From positions 68,324,001 through 68,388,000 of the forward strand of contig OZ320315.1 of the NCBI GenBank assembly GCA_976226885.1: a stretch of 64,000 bases of DNA. Reading direction: 5' to 3'. The DNA is from Iphione sp. A-MEVVRFRX5. Lineage: Eukaryota. Below are positions 35,808-47,800 of this stretch, piece by piece. A program made the position numbers and the translations under genes. The notes under the pieces are model-generated. The model saw only the letters and a list, made by a program, of their open reading frames with translations. It searched no databases and was not told where the DNA came from. The stretch's first letter is position 1. Each line of letters begins with the position of its first letter.

Positions 35808-38800
35808 GTACGTCATTAACTATCATATATTGGACAACGCAGACATGTTTCCTCATAACAAGTGTAGATGCGTCATTAAATATAACTAATCATGAATAGG
35901 TATGCTATCTATACTCAGATTGTGATAAATTTTATACGTATTTTACTCGTAAATGATACTCTATACTCAGATTGTGATAAATTTTATACGTATTTTACTC
36001 GTAAATGATACATAATATATATTAGTCATGGGTGGACACATGCATTTCAGTAAGAAAGATTGTTGATGATAAGCAGGCAGTGTTCATGTACTTCTTGTTC
36101 AGGTACCCTTAACAACTCAGGATAATACAGGAAAGACGGCACTCCACTACTGTGTGGAGAATGACATGCCGGAGATTGCAGAGAAGCTCCTTGGTGCCAA
36201 TCGCTCCCTGCTGGAGATCAAAGACAATGAGGGTTACACAGCTTTACAGCTCTCCACTATCGCTGGCAACAGACCAATGATTGAGTCCCTTTTGAATGTG
36301 GATGCGGACATCATGACTCGAGACAACGAAGGCCATACTCCCGCTCACTGGGCGACAGGTACGAACCGGGACTTGATCAACTTGAGCGTTAGTAATTTAA
36401 GATGAACACTTGGTAAGAGGCTTTCTGTGACAACGTGTAATCGCATTGCCGCAGTTTTTCAACGAAACCCTTGTTTTTTCCTTAACTCTAAATTGTAGAA
36501 ACCCTCCTATATGCTCTCACAAAATCTATCTACATGTATTTGAATTACTCTACTAAGATAAACAATTTCTTCGTCCTTTTTACATCTCCAGTCTTATATC
36601 CGATGCCGATATGCAATATTCGGATAAAGAACGGCTTCTCAGGGAGCCTGTATATGTAAAGGACATCATAAACCGCACACAATGTCTGGTCAGCAGGCTG
36701 TGAGTTTTTGCCCACACATATCTGTCAGACCATACCAGTCATTGTGAATTCACTGAAGGTTTTTTTCGCCCCGTTGTACACCTCAAGTCTGTGGCCACGC
36801 CAGTCTTCTCGACTACCTGGAGCAGAACGGCGCTGACCTGAGCGTGGAGGACGTGCATGGCGCGCGCCCCATCCACTACGCGGCCCAGATGTGCGGGGCG
36901 TCGTCGGACACTGACCGGAAGACCGGTCTCAACATGCTGCAGAAGCTCATCTCTAAAGGCATGGACGTCGGTGTGGAGGACAACGATAAACGGTCCCCTC
37001 TGATGTGGGCCGCCAGTGCAGGTAAATCACTCTCAAAGTCCTGCAAATCGACCCCTTGAACAGAATTGGGCGATTCTCGTATTTCCTGCTGCACGATGGA
37101 GCAGCGCACGGGTTTTAAGAAAGTTTGTTCCCTGTTCATGATGGTTTATGTGTAAAGGCCGTGCACAAGAAACTGTAAAAGAAATTTCAATCTAAACCTT
37201 TTTATAAAAATTCAGTACCACGACAATTCTCTCATGAGTCATGGAATAATATAGGTTCATCATCATTTTGATGGCAGAACTGACCCCTTGGAATAGCCAT
37301 GTGTAAATATTATCGGACCTCTTTGTTAAAAATTAATGTCAGTGTTCTTTTGGTCTTTTACAGGTAGTCCGGCCGGCATCGAGACGTTGGTTAACGCCGG
37401 GGCTTCTGTGGATTCGGCGGACAAAGACGGCCTTACGGCATTACATTGTTGTGCTTCAAAAGGATACGCTTCTTGTGTGGATGTATTAAAACGTAAAGGT
37501 GCTAATCTAGACAGCATGGACAAAAATGGCTGCACGCCCATGTTTTACTCTGTGACGTTAGGACATATGAACTGTACAAAGGAACTTATGAGCGGTGGTG
37601 CTGACGCCAACCATCGAGACAGTCGCGGCCGAACGTAAGTTTGTTTCTTCGTGTCACAATTAAGCAACATCTTTCTCATAGTTTTCACCGTGTGCTTGGT
37701 TCGTTGTAAGGCACTGAGAATTACATAGAGACTCCTGACGGATTTAGTACAAATGTACCGGATAGATTAATGCTTATGACAGAACACTATTGATTCTTCA
37801 TGTGGATTATGTTTACGTTCAATGGTCTACCATCATCTTGCTCTATCACTATCTGAACTTACTTTCACTCTCAACCCGAGTTTTCGTAAAGACATTTGGT
37901 GCCGCCATACCATACAGAGGATCCATACACAATACTAGGCCTAAGTGAAAGAAGACGGTTAGCTCTGCGTCTCCTAGTCTTCGATTCACGCCCGACAGGG
38001 GTATATTATTGAAGTGAACCTGTCAATCTTGTAGGGAGCGTTCACTATGCAGAACAATGGAAGCACCACTTTCAGCCCATATTTAATTCACTTCCGAGAG
38101 GCAGAGGACTAATATTTGAGAACTACATTGTATTCATGAACCGTTTGGGTGGACAGGATCCACAATTATTTACAAACTTAATCATATCAATAATCATTGG
38201 AGCTAAATCGTTTCCATATTATTCATCAACCTCCCATTTTCATACCCTAATCCAACGTAGTTAAATTATGTGGTTGACATATCAAACAATATCATGGAGA
38301 GAAATAAGTACTGTCGAGAGTGAGAAGTGTAAATAAACCGGCTTACTCTTGGTAAACCCTACAACGCCGTCAGCAGTATAGTATAAGAAATACCTGTCCC
38401 ATTTGGATTGATCTCATTCTTGTGGAAGGACAGCCTACATGTAGATTATTCGATCGTGGGTCTTCAAAGTGACTGTTTTGGATGACGTGACTGGTACACT
38501 CTTAAGTCAATGACAAATTAAGACCCTTTATAGGTTTTGTGACCCATGTTCAGGTTCATAAACCGTATTTGTGTTGCAAAATGTATCCTATGTGACTCAT
38601 GCTGAATAATGGAATATACCAATCATGTACATGTTCATTGAAAATACAAGCATCCGGAGACTCAGAATCCACATTTTGTTCCTTCACGGATAAATTTGAA
38701 ACACATTGGCAGTTTTCGGTCCTGATTTTTCGTTATCCGTCTGAAATAACAAACAGAGAGGCTATATATGCAGGCATGATTTACACTGCATTTCACCTGA

Positions 38801-41800
38801 GATACGATGGGGTCAGCCTCATCAATGGCCTCTGAAGAAACACCGGAACCTAGACAAAAGTTGGCAGGCCTTGTCGAAGGACACGTTTGAGTTTGTCTAA
38901 ATCCCGAGGCATGACCTTGGACTTTTGCCCTGGCGCATTGGTTGAACCTTGTGTCAATACTGGATCCTGACCCAGCCAATAGCACAAATGAGCTAAGGAG
39001 ATATGTCCACCTACGATGTTGACCGTGGCCTCTGCTGATGTAATGAGCTCACCCCACATTCACGAGGAGCAGTGCATAGAGATTTGATATATGGACATTT
39101 CTTACCACCTATATATCATCTCCTATTTGGCTTGCCAAGCTGGAAAAAACCGCATGTTCAAGTCTTAACAGATAACTTGGAAAAAATACTCTATGATGCC
39201 CGACCTACTAATGGAGTAGGTACAATGGATAGCTAGACCTAATCCCCAAACCTTACATACCTATGTACTTCACAAATCTTCCCTAGGCCTTGTCGCCTGC
39301 CTTGAGGATTGACGTCTACTCTCAGGAGTTTGTTCCAATTATTGACATGATAATCACATTTACATATACAGTCAAAACCCTTTTTAAGACCACTTCAATT
39401 TCAGACCAAATTTAATTTAAGACCATTTAGCTGGGAGCCAAAATCTTGATATCTGTACAGTTGATTCCCTATTTAATACCCGATTTGCCAATGAGACCAC
39501 TTGAGCTTGGTCCCAAGTGGTGGTCTCAAATAGGGTTTCCACTGTACATGTATAAGTCAGTAATATCACAAGATATTTTATAGGTTCTGCACGAAGGGAA
39601 GATATATTTTTCATCTTGAGAGATAAGTGCAGATAGATGGGCATAATGCTCACCCGGCCGAATTCTAATAGTTATCTATTCAAATTAACATTAAGCTGAC
39701 CTTAAAGTACATCCTCATGTGGCAATATTGTCTTTTCTAGGTGTTGAGGTCTGAATTATACATGTACATGTTGTTAACTCAAGTTAGACAATGTGTCATT
39801 AATGTTGTAGATGCCCTTCAGTGACTAAACCAATCTTTAAGACCCTGGTATTCTTTTAGCTCCTGCACTTGCAGTTTGTTCAGTGTCCATATTTCACATA
39901 GTCCACGAAACTGCGAAGGCCATGGCAACTAACCCCGGAGAAGACTCTATATCATCACGACGTCTCTTCCAGCATATGAGAGTTCATGCTTCCATAGATT
40001 TGATTTGAATAAGTGAAAAATCTTTGCGATTACACAAATGAGGAGGCTAGCGAGCGATTAGCCTGAATAGCTTTTTCGCGTGTTTGCCTAATTATGCTTG
40101 TTTGCCCATGATCCTTCCAGTCTTCCATAACAAACTAAATACCCGAGTTGTTGCCAGCAGCACACCTTAGTTTTGCTGTCAATACTTCTCCACTCGAATG
40201 AAAAATCTTGAATCAGGGTTCAGCAAGGGGCTAAAGCCATTTAGAGTTTAGAGGTTGCGGGATACGTCGCACCGTGAGCAGCTTTGACCTTTACCGACTC
40301 AACCCTCGATAAACTCGTCCTGTGTTGTGTCTGTCCATGCCAAACTATCTCTGTCTACTATGATTATTTCTCTGTACCTGTCTTAAAGGGCCAGCCTTGT
40401 GGCCAAGCGTCCTGCTCCGGCTTGAATGATCAGCTATGATGCTAACATAGTTGCTTTTTAATATGCAAATGTCATATTCTCGGGTTGCGAGAGTTTTCCG
40501 CAAGAGATTTTTTAAAAGTCCTATAGAAAAGTGATTCGCTATCAAGACCTTGTTACGATGGGCATGATACAAACTCGCCAAGTTGGTTTACATTTCCTTC
40601 TCTTGACGCAAATCTTTTTATCCTATATTTTGACATAAGATATGAATAGAGAGTATAGCCTGAATGCTAAGGGCTCGTCTGCAGTCACTTTCCCTGTTTT
40701 CTTCGCAGTTTTCCTGGTCCATTTCCAAGAAAGTCCTGCATAGTTGATAAAGATGTGCTATCTAACGATGTCATGCAGGCCAGTAGAACCTCAGTTCGTT
40801 ACCGCTGCCAACAGAGGGGACCTGATTTCTGGAGAACCATTATTTTTTCCGTGCATTTTTGCAAAGGTCCTGTTTACTGGTCCAACAAAGGAGGGAACCA
40901 CACAAGCTTTGCAAATGTGTAGACGTAATCTCACACAGAGAATCCTCAACAACGAAATAAGGCATATGAAGCCCTGAATGAGGCATGCAAAAAGATGTAT
41001 AACAGCGAAAATCAGACAGAAAGGACCGCTAGAATATTAGAGTGCCTGGATGACCATTGAGACATCTGATGCTAGCACCTACCACATGAGACATAAGAGC
41101 CTATATATATTGATCGCCCACAGATATGGGAGCTCCGATTTTTATTGCTTATTACATATCGACCGGGCTACCATGTCACTCTACAAAGTTATGCAGAGAA
41201 TATTTTCTTTTGGATTGTATAATTTCTGGGACATCATTTTGTTGGATTATATCTCTGCCTGTAGTTTTAATTAATTGTCAGTATCGACCAGAGAGAAGGT
41301 AATAACCTATAACATTTGGCTAGTCTGCCTGCGGCGGTGATGGGTGAGGGTAATAGTTTTTGTTACTAGCGCTAGAAATGATTGCTAAGTTATTCAGTAA
41401 TGTAACGTTTACTACGCATTCTTACTGTAATACGCATGTATGTATATCTAGACATATTTTCAAAACTCTTGTGTTATCTTTAACTGTAATGTTGTCGCCT
41501 TTTCCCTTTTCTTGTTCTTCCTTCTGTCATTTTCCATTTGGCCGTAGTAACATATGGAGGTCATTATTGCTTTAGGCCCGCCCACTGTGCAGCAGCCAAA
41601 GGAGCACTAGACGCTGTGAAGTTGCTTCAGAAGAACAGTGCCGACGTTTGGCAGAAGAGTAACCGAGGGGAATATCCTATACACGAAGCCTCTCTCGCCA
41701 AACAAACAGGTACATCTTTTCATGTCATTTGGGTTCATGTCGAGGGATGTGATTCCACGAATGCATAGTGAATGAGTGCATATGGAGTGGGTGATGTGGG

Positions 41801-44800
41801 AAACTATGATAGTATATGAATGCACATGACATGTCTGCTTCCATATTTCCAGTGTGTATATACATGTATGTATTTTAGTGTAATTCTTTTGCACTGTCCA
41901 AAACAGGTAATATCCATAAATTTCATGAAGCATGCACCGTATAGCAGAATAAAATGACATCACCCACCAGTAGAGCATGGAAGTGGGCCATTGGGTCAGG
42001 CCCAAGCAAAGAGATACATGTACAAAATCAGTTTAACTTGCATATTATTGATATAAATAGCTTAGTTTGCAGAGTTAGGCCACAGTTTCATGAAATTTGT
42101 GCAAAGATTTGCATAATTTACACGGTTATAATTCAGTTTTCAGAATCTGCAAAGAGCTGCTCACAATTTAACACTGACTCGGTAGCTTTCAATGAGGAAA
42201 GGGCTTAGATGCGTTTCAACAACAATTTACACAGTTGTGGCTAATACCTATCTACATTCATTGATTCATTTAATTCATTCACACAATGGTCTGTAGCCCT
42301 CTTTTTAACAACTGGATTCTGGTCTGTGCGAAATGAACCTCTATTTCACACGCTACCGACTTACTCGAAGCTGAACAGAACATACAATATTTAATACCTT
42401 CTCCTAGAGATACAAATATGCTCAGAGGGCCAGCAGAGGCCAGTTGAGATACGCTATTCAACGATTGCTTTTTTTTGAGTGACCATTGAATCTGACCATT
42501 CAGAGAACCTCCTTTCCAAAGCATGGGCATTTGCGTCATAGACGAACAAAGCTGTCTAGTATGGGGTCAATGGAAAGGCTGAAATTCTGTGTTAGGTTTA
42601 TAGATAGAACAATTTACTTTTGTATGCATAAAGAGGATATATCAATAATGATTCAAGTAAATTTTGAATTTTTTTCAGTAGTTCCTAAATTACACGGGGT
42701 CAAAGATGAGAATTTTGACATTGGAAAGGCCCAGAGAGGCTGCAGAATGTCTAGCCGGAAGCATATGGTTATGACGCTTCACAGTGGGATGAGTTATCAC
42801 TCCAAAAGCAATCAGAGAATTTGAGGGGAACTTTCACTTGGTCAGGGGACTTAAGTATATGCAAATCTTAGTATATAAATGGGACTAGAAATACCACCCC
42901 TGTTTACTTTTAGCCTGTTGAGCACTGAGCTGATAATTTCTTTACACAGCCATTCCCTCAAGAAACTTCCTTTTTTGACAGATACGGTGGAACATCTTTT
43001 AGTCAAAAATGAAGACAAAGTCAACGTTGCAAACAACGAGGGACGGACATGTTTGCATATCGCTGCATTAACTAATAACCTTGCTTTGTGCAAGAAACTG
43101 GTCGCTCGTGGAGCAAAGCTTAATCACAAAATGAAAGGAAGGGTGAGCTAAGTTTACCTATTATTCACTGATTTTTTTAAACAATTGTGTATATGTACAT
43201 TATACGGTAACTTTTTCTCCCTGTTGATAAGCATTCATTGAGACAGACCTAGACACAGACCTTTTAAAAAGAGCTCCTCGAAACTGTCTGTATAGTGTAA
43301 TAATAGGTAAGGGTATCTACACAGGAGGTGGCCTACACTAGGAATAAACGGATTTTATGTAAACACTATCGGACACTTTCACCATGATCTAAACGTTTTT
43401 CTTCAATTTGAAGTAATGCGGTTGCTTCAAACCTCAAGGCGCGTGCATATAAAAACGACAAATACGAATTTTACTCAAACACACTGTTATTCATATTAAA
43501 TTTCTTTTTGTGATACCGGACTTCTCGTTATACACGGAAATATAAACACTTTTCTATAATGGTTTCTTTTAGGATGCAGAAATAACTCCATACGACGCAG
43601 CAAAGTTAAAACGATATGACGAAACAGCAGAATTTTTAAAGATTCATGGTGCTAAACCTGCGAAGGAAGTCCTTGATGAGGAAGAACCTAAAGTTCAGGA
43701 AACGATACCAGAAACAGCCCGTGAAGAGCAGGAGGAAGACAAACCTGAAGAGAAGGAAACTGAAGAACCGAAAGAGGACGAGAAACCTGTAGAAGAACCA
43801 AAAGAGGATCAGCCTGAAGTGAAGGAAGAAGATACAAAGGAGGAAGTGGAAAAGGTTGAGGAAAAAGAGCCTGCCGCTGAGGAACAAACTGAACAAAAAG
43901 AAGAACAAGAGCAAAGTACTCCTGAAGAGACTAAACCAGAAGAAAAGGTTGAGGAAATGCCGGAAGAGAAACCTGCTGCGGAGCAACAACAGGAAGCCGC
44001 CCAGGAACCGGAGAGAGTACAAGAGGAGCAGAAAGCTGAAGAGGTGGCTGCTAAAGAACAAGAGCCTGCAGCTGCTGAGGTGCAAGAGAAGCAAGAAGTA
44101 GAACAGGTTAAGGAGGAGAAAGCTGAGCAACGTCCAGACGAGGCACCAAAAGAAACGGAGGAAAAGCATGAACCAAGCGTAGCCCCTGCTGTTGTTGCTG
44201 CAGGTGCCGTTGCATCGCCCAAACAAAAGGATAAAAAGAAAGGCAAAAAAGCAAAGGATAAAGAAGAACCAAAAGAACAACAGGAAGAAATCAAACAGGA
44301 GGAGACGCCTGCAGAACCTAAGGAAAATCAATCAGCAGATCCGGTGGTAGAAAAACAGGAGAAGCCTGCAGAATCTAAGGAAAATCAGTCAACAGAACCG
44401 GTGGAAGAAAAACAGGTTGAAGGTCAAGCAGTTGAAAAGAAAGAAGCAGAAGTTCCAGATAATGCTGTAGGTGCCGCTGCCGTTGCAGGAGCGGCAGTTG
44501 TAGAGGAGAAGCAGAAGGATACTAAAGAGGAGGCGCAGGAACCAGAGGTATCTGCACAACAACAACCTGAGGTTGAAAATGAGAAAAAGCCTATTGGGGA
44601 GAAAACGGAAGAGGAAAAAACACAGGAAGCTCCGAGAGGCGCCGAAATGAAAGATAGTCCAGAGGAAGTCAAGAATGAGACTGCTCCCGAAAATGAACAA
44701 GGAGAACCAAATGTGAACGTCGATCCAACAATTGTTGCGGCAGGTGCTGTTGTAACAGAAACGGGACCTAAAAGTCCAAAAACTGAAAAAAAGAAAACGG

Positions 44801-47800
44801 AGGTGAAAGATAAAAAGCAAGAGCCCCCACAAAGCCCAAAGGTTGAGAAGAAAGAGGATCCCAAAAGTCCTAAAAGCAAGAAAAAGCAAGCCCCGGAGGA
44901 ATCCAAACCTCCAAAGACCCCAAAGGATGGAGAGAAAAAAAAGGAAAAAATCCAGACAAATGAGGCCATCAAAGATCCAGCTAAAAAGAAAAAAGCTTCC
45001 ACAGAAAAACCGGAGAAGGAAACCGAAAAACAGAAACTAGAAAAGGCAGTAAAACCAGAAAAAGCTGTTGCTGTAGGAGCTGCTGCTGCTGCTGCCAAGA
45101 CCAAAAAAGATTCGGATAAAAAACTTAAAGAGGATCCGTCTAAAAAAGAGAGGAAAAAAGAGGACTGGGATTATGATGCACCCGATGCAGATCATAAAGT
45201 AGACACCTGGAACGAGGGATATACAGGTCCACAGGACAAGGATAATAAAAAGGGGCCTGGGTATAAGAAGCCAGAAGGTAAAAGTAAGATTGACACAGGT
45301 GGACAATCTCACAGGGAACCGAAGTCAAAAGAAGGTGCCGATAATACCACTAAAAAGAAAAAGAAAGGTTCAGAGGAACCTTCTCAGGATGCTGCTGAAA
45401 AGGACCCAAACAAGAAAAAGGGTGACAAAAAAGATCAAGGAACACAAGAGAAGAAGAAAGGAGAAAAAGGTGAGTCTGAAAAGAAAGAGAAAAAAGAAAA
45501 GACAGATAAACAGAAATCAAAGGAAGGTGAGGAGAGTCGTGTTACTTCGCCAAGAGAGAATGCTAATGTAATGGCTGGGGCTGCAGGTCTTGCGGCTGGT
45601 GCTGGAATGGAAAAGAAGGAGAAAAAGAAGAAGGCAGTGGCCGAGAAGGAGGCAGGTGACAAAGAAAAAGATCCCTCTGGTGATAAGTCCAAGAAAGGAG
45701 ACGCAAATAAAGACTTAGAAAAGGATGGATCTCATGCAGACCAAGCAAAAGAATCACCCAAAAAGAAGAAAAAATCCCAAGATGAAGCCCTAGTGGAGGA
45801 TACCCCTAAGAAGAAGAAAGAAAAGAAAGTAAAATCGGAGGCACCAACAGAAGAGGAAACTGCTAAAAAGGAGAAAAAAGAAACAAAGTCGAAAGATAAG
45901 GAAGCTAAAAGTAAAGATGAAAATATTGCAACAGCTCGTAAAGAAGAGGAAGGGAAGGTTGGAGCTGATGAAACCAAAGATACACCAAAAAAGAAGAAAA
46001 AAGCAGAAAAGGAGGAGGCATCTGGTGAAGATACTAAAAAGCAGAAACGATCAGAGAAAGAGGATCTCAGTAACAATGAAAAGGTAGATGCCAAAGGACA
46101 AGATGGCAAAGGTGAGAGTAGGACTAAAACATCTGATGAGCCAAAGTCTTCAGACACACAGAAACAGGAAGGTCTTGAAGATAATGGAGCTCTGTCACAG
46201 GATAGGTTACAGGATGATAATACCAATGTTAATGCTGCATTAGCTGCAGGGGCTGTTGTAGCTTCTTCTGAAAAGGAAGACAAAAAGTTGAAAGCATCAC
46301 CTGGTGAACAAGAAGATGGTAAGAAGAAAAGTAAGGGAAAAGAAAAGACTGAGAAAGATGGTCTCAATGCTAAAGATGGGAAAACAACAAAAATAGCTAA
46401 AGATGAGGCTGACAAAGTGAATCAACCTCATAAAGATGAGGAAGGCAAAGTTGGAGCTGATGAAACCAAAGATACACCAAAAAAGAAGAAAAAAGCAGAA
46501 AAGGAGGAGGCACCTGGTGAAGATACTAATAAGCAAAAAAGATCAGAGAAAGAGGATCTCAGTAACAATGAAAAGGTAGATGCCAAAGGACAAGATGGCA
46601 AAGGTGAGAGTAGTACTAAAACATCTGATGAGCCAAAGTCTTCAGATGCACAGAAACAGGAAGGTCTTGAAGATAATGGTGCTCTGTCACAGGATAGGTT
46701 ACAGGATGATAATGCCAACGTTAATGCTGCATTAGCTGCAGGGGCTGTGGTAGCTTCTGAAAATGAAGACAAAAAGTTGAAAGCATCACCTAGTGAACAA
46801 CAAGATGGAAAAAGGAAAAGTAAGGGAAAAGAAAAGACTGATAAAGATGGTCTGGATGAACAACAAGATGGAAAAAGGAAAAGTAAGGGAAAAGAAAAGA
46901 CTGATAAAGATGGTCTGGATGAACAACAAGATGGAAAAAGGAAAAGTAAGGGAAAAGAAAAGACTGATAAAGATGGTCTGGATGCAAAAGACAAGAAACC
47001 TGAAGTGAAAGCTAAAGATGTGGCTGAAAATGTAAATCAACCAGAAGGAGATGAAAAGCCGAAAACGTCTAAAAAGAGCTCAGATAAAGAGAGCAGTAAA
47101 GAAAACAATCAGGCAAAGAAATCTAAAAAAGAGAAAACAAGTGACGAAGATTCAAAAGGAGGGGCTTCAGAAAAAGGAAAGAAAGAGAAGGAAGCAGACA
47201 GTAAAGAAAAGGGAAAAGGAGACACAGAGACAAAAGGAGAGAATGAAGCGACTGATACGAACACAACTAATGTAGAGGCAGCGGCTTTGTTGGCAGCGGG
47301 TGCTCAAGTGGAGAAAAATAAAAAATCGGAATCCAAGAAAGAAAAGAAGAAAGATTCATCTCATGATGAGAAACCTGATGGTGAAAAGAAACAAGGGATT
47401 GAGGAGGAAACTGTGGAAGGAGCACAAAAGCGAAAAGACAAGAAGACAAAGAAAGATAAGTCTGATGCTGCTGATGTATCACAACGTAGGGCTCAAGATG
47501 AAGAAGTACCAGCAGAACAGCAACCAGAAGAAAGTCCAACAAAAAAGAAGAAAAAATCGAAAAAAGCCCAGGATACAGAAAATGAATCGGAAGAGAGCAA
47601 AGGTACGGCATCTGAAGTGGAAAAACACGTTGAAGGAGAGGAAGTGAAAGAGTCTTCAAAGAAAAAGAAAAAGTCCACAACTGAGAAAGATGATGTAGAT
47701 CAGGAGGTAAAAGTAAGCTCAACAGAAGCTGCAGCAGCAGTCGTAGGATCAACCGAAGAAAGTCCCAAAAAGAAGAAAAAGAAAAAGAAGGCAGATACCT

